A program made the translations under genes and the position numbers. Source: Candidatus Korarchaeum cryptofilum OPF8 (GTDB lineage: Archaea > Korarchaeota > Korarchaeia > Korarchaeales > Korarchaeaceae). From it: a DNA stretch of 32,000 bases. Below, in pieces: positions 21,116 through 30,841 of the stretch. Where the stretch lies: contig NC_010482.1 in assembly GCF_000019605.1 (NCBI RefSeq), forward strand, positions 900,001 through 932,000. Reading direction: 5' to 3'. The notes under the pieces are model-generated. The model made no database searches and was not told the DNA's origin. It saw only the letters and a list, made by a program, of their open reading frames with translations. Position 1 is the first letter of the stretch; every line of letters starts with the position of its first letter.

Positions 21116-23875
21116 ATGCATATGAGGAAGCTGGTCTATACCTACGATGAATCCGATCCTGAGGATGTCAAGCTCCTCGGGGGTAAAGGCGCCGGTCTAG
21201 TTCTCATGTATAAACAGGGTCTCCCAGTACCTCCCGGGATAACGATAACTACGGAGGCATGCAAGCTCTTCTACTCGAATGGTGAGAGGCTGCCGGATGG
21301 CCTCATGGATGAAGTTAGGGAAGCGATGAGGTGGCTGGAGGAGAGGACCGGGAGGAAATTCGGGGATCCGAGAAATCCGCTCCTAGTCTCCGTGAGGAGC
21401 GGGGCCCCCGTTTCAATGCCGGGGATGATGGATACCGTTCTCAACTTAGGGCTGAACGATGATACTCTCAGGGGCTTGATCGAGCTCACTGGGAATGAGA
21501 GGTTCGCGTACGATGCTTACAGACGCTTCCTCCAGATGTTCGGTAGCATAGTGCTGGGGATAGATAAGAAGGTCTTCGATGATATATTCGAGGAGATAAA
21601 GAGGGAGAGAGGAGCTAAATATGATTCAGAGCTCAGCGCTGATGATCTCAAGGAAGTGGTCAGGAGATTTAAGGAAGTTCTAGGGGATAAGTTCCCTCAG
21701 GATCCATGGAAACAATTGGAGCTAGCTATAATGGCTGTATTTAGATCTTGGAACTCTCCGAGGGCTGTATTCTACAGGAAGGCCAATAACATAACTCCAG
21801 ATGTAGCAGACGGAACTGCTGTGAACATAGTGGCTATGGTCTTCGGTAACATGGGCTTCGATTCCGGGACCGGAGTATTATTCACGAGGGACCCAGCTAC
21901 TGGCGAGAACGTCCTCTACGGTGAGTTCCTCCCGAACGCTCAGGGGGAGGATGTGGTAGCTGGGATAAGGACCCCTAAGAGCATAGAGGAGCTGAAGAAC
22001 GAGAGACCGGATCTCTACAAGCAGATATACGATATGGCTAAGAAACTGGAGAGGGTGAAGAAGGAAGTTCAGGACATAGAGTTCACGATCGAGAGAGGGA
22101 AGGTATTTCTCCTGCAGACTAGGAACGCTAAGATGACCCCTCTAGCTAGAGTGAAGACTGTCGTAGATATGTACGAGGAGGGGCTCGTCACTAAGGAGGA
22201 AGCTCTAGCTAGAGTCAAGCCTGAGCACATAATAGGCTTGCTCTACCCTAGGTTGGATGAATCCTACTTGAAGAAGCACGGGATAAGCCCTATAGCTGAG
22301 GGATTGAACGCATCCCCTGGAGCTGCCACTGGCAGAGTGGTTTTCGATGCTGATACAGCTGTGGAGTGGAGGAACAGGGGTGAGAGGGTAATATTAGTGA
22401 GGGAGGAGACGAGGCCGGATGATGTCCACGGTTTCTACGCATCCGAAGGGATACTGACGAGCAGGGGAGGTATGACTAGCCATGCTTCAGTCGTAGCCAG
22501 GGCAATAGGGAAGCCGGCTGTAGTGGGGGTTGAGAAGATAAAGATAGACTACGATAAGAGGGAGTTCAGGGTAGATGGGATAACTGTGAGGGAGGGGGAT
22601 GTTATAACTATAGATGGCTTCACCGGGAAGGTTTACCTGGGCGAGATACCAACAGCAAAAGCTGAGCTCCCCAGAGAGTTCTTCGAGATACTGAGGATGG
22701 CTGATGAAGTGAGGAGCCTGGGAGTTAGAGCTAACGCTGATACTCCTGAGGATGCTGAGATAGCTAGGAGATTTGGTGCTGAGGGAATAGGTCTTCTGAG
22801 GACGGAGAGGATGTTCAGGAGGCCTGAGAGACTCTCTATATTCCAGCAGGTCATAATGGCAAGGGACAGTGAGGAGAGAAGAGAGGCAATGAATAAGCTA
22901 GTCCCGTTCCTGAGAAACGACTTCTTGGAGATATTCAGAGTGATGGAAGGGCTGAAGGTGACAGTTAGGCTCTTCGATCCTCCGCTCCACGAGTTCCTCC
23001 CGAGCTCGGATGAGCTATTGGAGAAGTTATGCGAAGCTAGGATGAGAGGGGACTCCGATGAAGTGAGCAAGCTAGAATCTCTCTTGAGGAGGGTGAGGGA
23101 GCTGAGGGAAGCGAATCCGATGATGGGGCACAGGGGTGTGAGAGTGGGTGTTACATACCCTGAGATATATGAAGCTCAGGTCAGGGCTATAGTTGAAGCC
23201 TACCTGCAGCTCAGGAAGGAGGGGAAGGACTTGCAAGTTCAGATAATGATACCTCAGGTCGCGGATTACAGGGAGATAAAGTACGTGAAGGAGAAAGCCA
23301 TAGAACCCGTATTTAAGGAGTACGGGGTCAGGATGCCAGTTGGAACAATGATAGAAGTTGTTAGGGCTTGCATAACAGCCGATAAGATAGCTAAGGAGGC
23401 AGATTTCTTCAGCTTCGGGACCAACGACTTGACTCAGGGGGTATTCACTTTCAGCAGGGATGATGTCGAGAACAAGTTCATGCACGATTACCTGGAGAAA
23501 GGGATACTAGATTTCGATGTCTTCCAGAGCTTGGACACTGAGGGAGTAGGGGAGCTCATGAGGATAGCTGTTGAGAAGGGCAGGGCTGCGAATCCCAACC
23601 TGGAGATAGGGATATGCGGGGAGCACGGAGGGGATCCGAAGAGCATAGAGTTCTGCCATAGGATAAAGCTTGATTATGTAAGTGCATCCGCTTTCAGGGT
23701 TCCAGTAGCGAGGCTAGCTGCTGCTCACGCAGCCCTGAGGGAGGGGAGTGGAGTTCCCAATCTACTGATTTTTTACAATCAAGCCTCTCCCTTGAGGAAC
23801 CTCATCGTGAGCTCGTGCTTCGGGTTCAGAGCTATCTCTTGCGTCAACCCGAACTCGATTAGCTCCCCCATGTAG
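21116..23875 (+). CDS. ppdK: Pyruvate, phosphate dikinase, with a C-terminal read-through extension of about 40 aa
   Basis: 919 aa. The N-terminus LLGGKGAGL...TTEACKLFY...PLLVSVRSGAPVSMPGMMDTVLNLGLND matches PPDK. The phosphohistidine motif is TSRGGMTSHASVVARA, followed by FFSFGTNDLTQ and ICGEHGGDP. A homology-type end (RVPVARLAAAHAAL) falls at about residue 873. Confidence 0.93.
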   Translation: MHMRKLVYTYDESDPEDVKLLGGKGAGLVLMYKQGLPVPPGITITTEACKLFYSNGERLPDGLMDEVREAMRWLEERTGRKFGDPRNPLLVSVRSGAPVSMPGMMDTVLNLGLNDDTLRGLIELTGNERFAYDAYRRFLQMFGSIVLGIDKKVFDDIFEEIKRERGAKYDSELSADDLKEVVRRFKEVLGDKFPQDPWKQLELAIMAVFRSWNSPRAVFYRKANNITPDVADGTAVNIVAMVFGNMGFDSGTGVLFTRDPATGENVLYGEFLPNAQGEDVVAGIRTPKSIEELKNERPDLYKQIYDMAKKLERVKKEVQDIEFTIERGKVFLLQTRNAKMTPLARVKTVVDMYEEGLVTKEEALARVKPEHIIGLLYPRLDESYLKKHGISPIAEGLNASPGAATGRVVFDADTAVEWRNRGERVILVREETRPDDVHGFYASEGILTSRGGMTSHASVVARAIGKPAVVGVEKIKIDYDKREFRVDGITVREGDVITIDGFTGKVYLGEIPTAKAELPREFFEILRMADEVRSLGVRANADTPEDAEIARRFGAEGIGLLRTERMFRRPERLSIFQQVIMARDSEERREAMNKLVPFLRNDFLEIFRVMEGLKVTVRLFDPPLHEFLPSSDELLEKLCEARMRGDSDEVSKLESLLRRVRELREANPMMGHRGVRVGVTYPEIYEAQVRAIVEAYLQLRKEGKDLQVQIMIPQVADYREIKYVKEKAIEPVFKEYGVRMPVGTMIEVVRACITADKIAKEADFFSFGTNDLTQGVFTFSRDDVENKFMHDYLEKGILDFDVFQSLDTEGVGELMRIAVEKGRAANPNLEIGICGEHGGDPKSIEFCHRIKLDYVSASAFRVPVARLAAAHAALREGSGVPNLLIFYNQASPLRNLIVSSCFGFRAISCVNPNSISSPM

Positions 23876-24540
23876 AGGAATGCCACGTAATCTGAGATCC
23901 TGACCGCTTGATATGGAGTATGCGTGACGAATACTACCGTTATATCATGGCTCTCGACTAGTCCTCTCAACGCTTCCTCTATCTTAGAGGCATTTATAGG
24001 GTCTACATTGGCTGTAGGCTCATCTAGGAGTAGGAGCTTCGGCCTCAGAGCTAGAGCTCTAGCTAGGCAGAGTCTCTGCTGCTGCCCACCGCTCAGCTTA
24101 TTGGGAGGATCCTTGAGCCTATCCTTGACCTCATCCCAGAGCATAGCTCTCTCAAGGGCCCACCTGACGAGATCATCTAGCTCCCTCTTATCCTTCACGA
24201 GTCCATTCATCTTAGGGCCTACGGCAACGTTATCGTATATGCTCATGTTCGGGAATGGATTCGGCACCTGGAAGACCATGCCAGTGAGCCTCCTAACTTT
24301 ATAGGGATCTGATGAGTAGACCTCGGTATCGTATATCCTTACCCTCCCGCTCACCTCGCATCCGGGGACTAGATCTAGCAGCCTGTTTATCGCTCTCAGT
24401 AGCGTGGACTTACCGGAGCCCGAGGGTCCCATAACAGCTAGTATCCTCCTCTCCGGAATTTCAATATTTATCCTCTTAAGTATCTCCTTCCCTCCAATTT
24501 TTACCGTTAGATCGCTTATAGATAGGGCGACTCTCCTCAT
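23779..24540 (-). CDS. pstB: Phosphate ABC transporter ATP-binding protein
   Basis: Walker A is GPSGSGKST, the signature is LSGGQQQRL and Walker B is LLLDEPT. The PstB-type MVFQVPNPFP and the C-terminal TMRFLKGE tail are present. Confidence 0.92.
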   Translation of the reverse strand: MRRVALSISDLTVKIGGKEILKRINIEIPERRILAVMGPSGSGKSTLLRAINRLLDLVPGCEVSGRVRIYDTEVYSSDPYKVRRLTGMVFQVPNPFPNMSIYDNVAVGPKMNGLVKDKRELDDLVRWALERAMLWDEVKDRLKDPPNKLSGGQQQRLCLARALALRPKLLLLDEPTANVDPINASKIEEALRGLVESHDITVVFVTHTPYQAVRISDYVAFLYMGELIEFGLTQEIALNPKHELTMRFLKGEA

Positions 24541-25379
24541 AAGACCACCCTCCTAGTCAAACTCCTAGTAGCGAGGAATATCAAGAGGAATATCGATGTG
24601 AGGACTAAGGCAGAACCCCAGGCGACTCTATGCCAGTTAGCGTATGGAGTCTGTATGAAGTCGAATATCAGGAGCGATATCGAGTCCGTGTAGCCCAAGG
24701 GATCTAATGATATCATTTGCCTCTGCTTCCCGACTGTGAAGAGGAGGGGAGCAGTCTCCCCGGTGACTTTCGCGAATCCCATCAGTACCCCCGTGAGTAT
24801 GCCCCTCTTAGCTATACTCACGCTTATCTTAAATACTACTTTCGTCCTCGAGAGCCCGAGGGCATAACCAGCCTCCCTATAAGTTTTCGGCACATTTTCC
24901 AGGGCTTCCTCAACGTAAGTAGTAACATAAGGGATCATCATTATGGCCAAGGCTAAAGAGCCAGCTAGCATTGAGAATTTTCCCATGGGAACTACCATTA
25001 TTGTATATACGAGCATCCCAACTAAGATGGATGGTATCTGAAGGAGAGCTTTGCTGAGGACCCTCACTCCCCTGGATATTACGTTATCGGGGAACTCCAC
25101 GGAGAACAGAGCTGAGGCGAAGGATAGGGGGATCCCTACTAGGGAGGATATGAAGGCGAGCATGAAAGTGCCCACTAAGGAGGGGCCTATACCACCCAAT
25201 CCCCCTCCTGGAGGGGGAGGGGAGTCCACCAGGAAATCGACTCCCGCTGAGATGAGGACGGGCAATCCATTGTAGAAGATGGAGAGGAGTATGTGGAAAA
25301 TAGGGAGTATCGCTAATGCCGCTAGCGATAGGGAAGTTATCAAGAATAGCTTCTCCTTCAATTCCCTCAGCTCAGCCAT
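24537..25379 (-). CDS. pstA: Phosphate ABC transporter permease PstA
   Basis: 280 aa, 6 TM. The EAA loop is YREAGYALGLSRTKVVFKISVSIAKRGILTG...GETAPLLFT. A 4-nt overlap joins it to pstB. Confidence 0.88.
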   Translation of the reverse strand: MAELRELKEKLFLITSLSLAALAILPIFHILLSIFYNGLPVLISAGVDFLVDSPPPPGGGLGGIGPSLVGTFMLAFISSLVGIPLSFASALFSVEFPDNVISRGVRVLSKALLQIPSILVGMLVYTIMVVPMGKFSMLAGSLALAIMMIPYVTTYVEEALENVPKTYREAGYALGLSRTKVVFKISVSIAKRGILTGVLMGFAKVTGETAPLLFTVGKQRQMISLDPLGYTDSISLLIFDFIQTPYANWHRVAWGSALVLTSIFLLIFLATRSLTRRVVL

Positions 25380-26331
25380 ATAATTTCCTCACCTTCCTCA
25401 TCATCAAGAGGGCTAAAGCGCTGAAGAGAGCGCCTACGATGAGCAGAACTAAACCGCCTGCATAAAGAGTGCTCTGCATATATGGGTAGAAGTTGGACTC
25501 CGAGAATTGATTAGCTATCAGCGAGGGTATCGTATATCCCGGGGCGAATATGCAGAAGGATATGTTGAATGCATTCCCTATCACTAACGTAACCGCGACA
25601 GTTTCGCTCGACGCCCTCCCTATGCCCAAGAGGAGGGAGCCGAATACAGCGGGCTTTATGAGGGAGATCATCATCTTATAGTACTCGTACCTATTAGCCC
25701 CTATCGAGAGTATCGCCTCCCTGTAAATCCATGGGACGCTCCTGTAGGCATCCTGTATCAGACTGTGCATGAAAGGTATTATCATTATGGCCAATAGAAT
25801 GCCGGCGGAGAGTATCGAGGCCCCGCTCAATGGTTCGCAGGAGAAGAGAGGTAGCCAGGGGAGGGCTGAGTGTAGTGGCTTCATTAAATTCTCCCTGAGG
25901 AAAGGTATCATGACATCCAATCCCCAGAGCCCGTATAAGACAGTCGGGAGTCCTGCCATGAGATCTATAGCTGTCGATAGCAATTCCTTCACTCTAGAGT
26001 TCGTCATCTCCTCGACTAAGTAAACAGTGGATAGGGAGAGGGGAAGCGCTATTATAGCAGCTAGAGAGGAGGTAATTACGGTCCCATAGAGGGGAGCTAA
26101 TAATCCGTACCTCACGAACTCCTCCCCCATTTCCGATGGGCTCCAGACGTTCTCGGTGAAGAGCTTAACGCCGAACTTGGATATCGAGGGGTATGAGGCT
26201 GAAGCTATCACGTATGTGAGCGCTAAGAATATTGCGAAAATGAGGGAGGCGAAGGGCAATAGTGATAAGTAGAAGCCCCTGTCATATTTAGGGAGTGAGA
26301 TAGAGGACCATCGCGATCCCATAGATGACAT
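25372..26331 (-). CDS. pstC: Phosphate ABC transporter permease PstC
   Basis: The EAA loop is YREAILSIGANRYEYYKMMISLIKPAVFGSLLLGIGRASSETVAVTLVIGN. An 8-nt overlap joins it to pstA. The first ATG (26331) lies about 30 nt downstream of TTTTTACTTTTAA. The track ORF extends to a TTG at 26391. Confidence 0.85.
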   Translation of the reverse strand: MSSMGSRWSSISLPKYDRGFYLSLLPFASLIFAIFLALTYVIASASYPSISKFGVKLFTENVWSPSEMGEEFVRYGLLAPLYGTVITSSLAAIIALPLSLSTVYLVEEMTNSRVKELLSTAIDLMAGLPTVLYGLWGLDVMIPFLRENLMKPLHSALPWLPLFSCEPLSGASILSAGILLAIMIIPFMHSLIQDAYRSVPWIYREAILSIGANRYEYYKMMISLIKPAVFGSLLLGIGRASSETVAVTLVIGNAFNISFCIFAPGYTIPSLIANQFSESNFYPYMQSTLYAGGLVLLIVGALFSALALLMMRKVRKLYG

Positions 26332-26405
26332 TCCCCGTACCTTCGGGCCCCCCTTAAAAGTAAAAACTATAAACTTAATCGATTTAGACAAAATAGCTAT
26401 AAGTT

Positions 26406-26423
26406 ATCTATATAATCTATATA
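26406..26423. repeat. Perfect tandem duplication ATCTATATA x2 in the divergent pstC/aor promoter region
   Basis: atctatata (26406-14) is directly followed by atctatata (26415-23). The repeat is TATA-rich and could be twin TATA boxes or a regulator site. Confidence 0.6.
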
Positions 26424-26478
26424 GGCAACTGGATGAGGGATCGTAACATTTTTATCAATCCGGCCCCTCAGCATTTGG

Positions 26479-28275
26479 ATGATCATGAGGGGATATGGCC
26501 TCATTCATTGGATAGATCTCAGTAAGAGGAGCATAAGGAGTGAGCAAGTTCCAGATGATCTAGCGTGGAATTTCATAGGGGGGAAGGGTCTAGGGGCTAG
26601 GATACTTTACGATATGACCGATGAGAAAACAAATCCTCTAGGTCCGGAGAATCCTCTCATATTCGCTATAGGCCCCTTCACGGGAACTGCTGTTCCATAT
26701 TCCGGAAAGGGGACTTTCGTCTTCAAATCGCCTCAGACTGGCATACTGGGGGAGTCCGTGATAGGCGGCACCCTAGGGGCTGCGACGAGATGGGTGGGCA
26801 CTACTGCCCTAGTAATAATGAACAGAGCTGATAGACCGACTTACCTGGTCCTCAGTGAGAACGGCGTCGAGCTGAGGGATGCTAGCCACTTGTGGGGGAA
26901 GGACATATATGAGACTGAGGAGGAGCTCAAGAGAGAACATGGAAGATGCTCGGTAGCTTCTATAGGGCCCGCTGGAGAGAACTTGGTTAAGTTCGCTGCT
27001 ATAGGGAATGAGAAGTGGAGGCAAGGCGGTAGGACAGGTGGAGGAGCTGTCATGGGATCCAAGAAGCTGAAAGCGATAGTGGTGGAGTACGATAAGCAGG
27101 AGTGGGACGCTCACGATCCTGATGGAGTGAGGAAGTACTCAGCGGAGGAGATAGTCCCAAGAGCTAAGGAGGAGTTGAAGTCCTACTTTGAGAGGGGCAC
27201 CCCCGGGACGGTCGAGCTAGCTAACCTCTGGGGGTTCTTCCCCAGCTACTACTGGTCCAAGGGCTCCGTCGATGGATGGGAGAACATAGCTTGGGATGCG
27301 ATAAAGAGGGAGGTCTTCGTGCATCCCAGGGCTTGTTTCGGCTGCCCAACTCCTTGCGGGAGGTACAGCAGGGTGAGGGAAGGTAAGTACGCTGGTAGCG
27401 AGGTAGAGCTCGAGTACGAGACTATATATTCGATAGGGGGCCTCAATGCCATAACTGATATTAAAGCGATAGTATGGCTCAACGATCAAGCCGATAGGCT
27501 CGGGATGGATACTATAACGCTAGGTAACGTTTTCGGTTTCGCTATAGAGGCTTATAAGAGGGGTAAGCTGGATCCGGGCTTCAAGCTAGATTACGGGGAC
27601 CCTGAATCCTTGCATAGGCTCGCGGAGATGATAGCTAGAAGGGAAGGTGTGGGGAACATCTTAGCTGAGGGAGTGGCTGGAGCATCCAAGGCTCTGGGAT
27701 TGGAGGAAATAGCTATTCATGTCAAGGGTCTGGAGCCAGCTGGATACGATCCAAGGACCCTGAAGAGCATGATACTCGGCTACGGTGTCTCCTCCAGGGG
27801 AGCTTGCCACCTCAGGATAACTGGCTACTACGCCGATATAAGGGGATTGGGAGGGGACAGGAAGACGATAGACATGGAGAAGACTAAGGTTTTAGCGAAT
27901 TTAGAGGAGCTAGCTGCTATAGGAGATTCCCTAGTCCTCTGCAGGTTCTCAACTAGGACTCTGATAGCCTGGGAGCAGATGGCTAAGTACTACTCCATGA
28001 TCACTGGGAGGAACGCTACTGCCGATGATATGATCAAGGCGGCTAGGAGGATAATAAACCTGACTAGAATGTATAATGTGAGGCTGGGATTGAGGAGGAA
28101 GGATGACAGGCTTCCCAGGAGGCTCCTCAAGGAGTCATTCATCCACGATGGTGAGGAGAGGAGGATAACTGAGGAGGAGCAGGAGAGATTCCTGGACCTC
28201 TACTACGAGCTCAGGGGATGGGATAAGGAGGGAGTACCTAAGCAGGAGACCCTCAGGGATCTGAATCTCATCTAA
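26479..28275 (+). CDS. aor: Aldehyde:ferredoxin oxidoreductase family (tungstopterin/4Fe-4S) enzyme
   Basis: 598 aa. The N-terminal pattern is WIDLSKRSI....DLAWNFIGGKGLGARILYD, followed by GPFTGT. The Fe-S cysteines lie in RACFGCPTPCGR, and LCRF appears later. Confidence 0.9.
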   Translation: MIMRGYGLIHWIDLSKRSIRSEQVPDDLAWNFIGGKGLGARILYDMTDEKTNPLGPENPLIFAIGPFTGTAVPYSGKGTFVFKSPQTGILGESVIGGTLGAATRWVGTTALVIMNRADRPTYLVLSENGVELRDASHLWGKDIYETEEELKREHGRCSVASIGPAGENLVKFAAIGNEKWRQGGRTGGGAVMGSKKLKAIVVEYDKQEWDAHDPDGVRKYSAEEIVPRAKEELKSYFERGTPGTVELANLWGFFPSYYWSKGSVDGWENIAWDAIKREVFVHPRACFGCPTPCGRYSRVREGKYAGSEVELEYETIYSIGGLNAITDIKAIVWLNDQADRLGMDTITLGNVFGFAIEAYKRGKLDPGFKLDYGDPESLHRLAEMIARREGVGNILAEGVAGASKALGLEEIAIHVKGLEPAGYDPRTLKSMILGYGVSSRGACHLRITGYYADIRGLGGDRKTIDMEKTKVLANLEELAAIGDSLVLCRFSTRTLIAWEQMAKYYSMITGRNATADDMIKAARRIINLTRMYNVRLGLRRKDDRLPRRLLKESFIHDGEERRITEEEQERFLDLYYELRGWDKEGVPKQETLRDLNLI

Positions 28276-29423
28276 CCGAATACAGCCCTGCAGAAGTCCT
28301 CCCTGGGCCTCAGCAACCTGAACCTCCCTCCCTCTATACCTACGACCGCCGGAAGGGGCCTCAGGTTGTACCTGCTAGCCATCGAGAAGCCGTAAGCTCC
28401 AGCGTTCTTGAAGGCTATCAGATCCCCTTCCTTCAGCTTCGGCAGCTCATATTCGCCGAAGAAGTCGGATGATTCGCATACCGGACCCGCAACTAGCACT
28501 CTCTCCCTCCCCTCCCCCTCGCAGATTATCTCGTGCCTCGCTCCATATAGAGCTGGCCTTATCAGATCGTTCATACCGGCATCTATTAGGAGCCACTTCT
28601 CCCCTCCGACTTCCTTCACATAATTCACCCTGCTCAATAGATAGCCGGCGTCAGCCACTATGTATCTACCGGTCTCCAGGAATAGCTTCGTCCCCATCTC
28701 CCTAACTCTCTCGCAAACGAGCTCGGCATATTCCTCCAGGGGGAAGGGACTCTCATTGGAGTAGGGGACCCCCAGGCCTCCGCCCAAGTCCACTATCTCA
28801 ACTCCACCCACCCTCTCAGCTAGCCCCTTTATCACATCCAAAGCTGCCCTGAATGGATCCGTCGAGAATATCTGGCTCCCTATATGGGTGTGGAACCCTA
28901 GGGCACGCATATCCTTTTTTAGGGAATTGAAGAGGCTCAATGCCTCCTCTGGAGGTAATCCGAACTTACTCCTCTTCCCCCCGGTCACTAAGCCCGGATA
29001 AGCCCCAGCCCCTACACCCGGATTGACTCTAACCATCACATTAGCTCTCCCTATGCTCCTCAAAGCATTAGCTTGTGAATGGCTCTCGATGGATATTATT
29101 GCCCCGAAGTCCATCGCCTCTATCAAATCTCCTCTGGATGGGCTGGGCCCAACTAAGACAGTCTTCTCCGGAGGTACTCCGGAGATCCTAGCTAATATCA
29201 CACCGAAGGCAGATGGTACGGTAGCTCCTGAACCCAATTTAGCTAAAAGCTTAACTAATTCTGGCTCATGATTCGCCTTATAAGCGTATGCTATGACATG
29301 AGGGCATTTAATAGCTTTATCGAGTCTAAGGTAGTTCTCCTTCACTCTATCCAGATCTATCACATACGTGGGAGTGCCGAAGAGTTCAGCTATCTCACTG
29401 AGATCCACTCCATTTACCCTCAT
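28272..29423 (-). CDS. lysA: PLP-dependent Orn/DAP/Arg decarboxylase family, most like diaminopimelate decarboxylase
   Basis: The PLP lysine sits in YAYKANHEP. Other motifs are FHTHIGSQI, DLGGGLGVPY, IDAGMNDLIRPALYGARHEI, GPVCESSDFF and GAYGFSMASRYNLRPLP. It is shorter (383 aa) than typical LysA, and the S-x-GE motif is not evident. Confidence 0.7.
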   Translation of the reverse strand: MRVNGVDLSEIAELFGTPTYVIDLDRVKENYLRLDKAIKCPHVIAYAYKANHEPELVKLLAKLGSGATVPSAFGVILARISGVPPEKTVLVGPSPSRGDLIEAMDFGAIISIESHSQANALRSIGRANVMVRVNPGVGAGAYPGLVTGGKRSKFGLPPEEALSLFNSLKKDMRALGFHTHIGSQIFSTDPFRAALDVIKGLAERVGGVEIVDLGGGLGVPYSNESPFPLEEYAELVCERVREMGTKLFLETGRYIVADAGYLLSRVNYVKEVGGEKWLLIDAGMNDLIRPALYGARHEIICEGEGRERVLVAGPVCESSDFFGEYELPKLKEGDLIAFKNAGAYGFSMASRYNLRPLPAVVGIEGGRFRLLRPREDFCRAVFG

Positions 29424-29438
29424 AATCTCACCAGAGGC

Positions 29439-30059
29439 CTAGGACATCCTCAATACTTCTTCCGCTATCATGACAGCATGGTCAGCGATCCTCTCCAAGT
29501 ACCTGAGTATGAGGGTGTTGGCTACTGCACAGACAGCCCTCTTCTCCTCACCCCTTATCACTCCCATTAGGAAGCTGCTGTAGGCGTTATCCACCTTATC
29601 ATCCATCCCTATGACCTTTCTAGCTAGCTCCTCATTCCCCTCCTCGACAGCCTTCAGGGCTTCCTTGACCATATTCTCAGTTATCTCAGCTGTATCAATG
29701 AGCCTCGAGATATCGCAATCGCTCAAGTTCTCGAAGAGCACTAATGTTTGGGCTATGTTCCTAGTGTACCTCCCCAACCTTAGCAAGCCGTAGGATATCT
29801 CGAGGAGGGAGATCAGTTTCCTGAGATCAGCGCCCATGGGCTGGAATCTAGCTAAGATCTCGCTGACCTTCATTCTGACTTGATCGTGGGAGAATGAGAG
29901 TATCTCAGCTCCCTTCTCTATCTCCTTCAAGGTCTCTTCCGGGTTCCTCTTGCCGAGGAAGGTATCTATACATCCTCTCATCAGCTGGAGTGAGAGCTCA
30001 CTCGATTTAGCTATCTCGTAAAACAATGATTTGATCTCCCTATCTAGCAGGGCTGACAT
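29439..30059 (-). CDS. phoU: PhoU-family phosphate signalling/regulatory protein
   Basis: 206 aa with a two-repeat helical layout. D-x-x-[VI]-D and ERI[AG]DHA-type motifs are present (MDDKVDNAY and LERIADHAVMIAE). Confidence 0.8.
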   Translation of the reverse strand: MSALLDREIKSLFYEIAKSSELSLQLMRGCIDTFLGKRNPEETLKEIEKGAEILSFSHDQVRMKVSEILARFQPMGADLRKLISLLEISYGLLRLGRYTRNIAQTLVLFENLSDCDISRLIDTAEITENMVKEALKAVEEGNEELARKVIGMDDKVDNAYSSFLMGVIRGEEKRAVCAVANTLILRYLERIADHAVMIAEEVLRMS

Positions 30060-30279
30060 CTTCCATCGGGCTAAGCTGATAGATCCATATATAACTCTTC
30101 CTCCCGTGAATATCTGTAGATTATTTTATAGTTAATTTTACTCTGACTCGCCAGCTCTCGCTATCCCTAGAGGGGCATATTGAGTTGAGTAACCGAGGCA
30201 GTATAGCTTTTATAGTCTGAGGAGATGGAGAGGAGGTGATAGCCTGAGATCCTGGAGGCTCATCCTCCCCGCAGCGTTG

Positions 30280-30801
30280 ATGATAAGCTTAATGCTCCTA
30301 GGGGCGCTCATTTACTTAATCCCGCAACCCGGGGCCAGTGAGGAATGGCCCCTTCCACCTGAGAACCTTCCCTTCACGGATCTCACCTCCAGACTGAACT
30401 CCACATCCTTCTCAAATCACGGATTCTTCCTGCTCAACTACCAGCCGATCTTCAGCTTGGGATCGGGATTCGATTTGCCCGCTGGGAGCAACGCATATCT
30501 TTACTCCGCAGGTTACGGGAATGACACCTACCTCCTCCTAGTCGTAGCTAAGCTACCGAGTACTCAGAGCTCTTTGCAGTTCGGGGCCAGAGCTGTAAAT
30601 CAGTTGAGAGATGAGCTCCCGCCAGAGAAGACCAAGTACTTATTCACAGATGAGATGGGCTTCCTCTCCTATACCGAGGGGAATCAGAGCTTATCCCTAT
30701 GGTACGGGAGATCCTGGTTCTTCGAGGTCCTAGCATCCGGCCCCAAGTCGGAGGATTCGATAGACTCCGTGAAGAAGCTGATAAATAGTTTTAGGGGATG
30801 A
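30280..30801 (+). CDS. Secreted or membrane-anchored hypothetical protein (about 173 aa)
   Basis: The N-terminal hydrophobic segment is MISLMLLGALIYLIPQPGASEE. Several N-x-[ST] sequons are present. A TATA-like gcttttatagtc lies about 65 nt upstream. Confidence 0.6.
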   Translation: MISLMLLGALIYLIPQPGASEEWPLPPENLPFTDLTSRLNSTSFSNHGFFLLNYQPIFSLGSGFDLPAGSNAYLYSAGYGNDTYLLLVVAKLPSTQSSLQFGARAVNQLRDELPPEKTKYLFTDEMGFLSYTEGNQSLSLWYGRSWFFEVLASGPKSEDSIDSVKKLINSFRG

Positions 30802-30841
30802 CTCATTAAAGTTTATCAGGTCGCTAGAGGAAGTGTGCAAG

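Noticed and set aside
23924-24304. 126-aa plus-strand ORF inside pstB
   Set aside because: It is antisense to a gene with Walker A, signature and Walker B motifs. The translation is Ser/Leu-rich.
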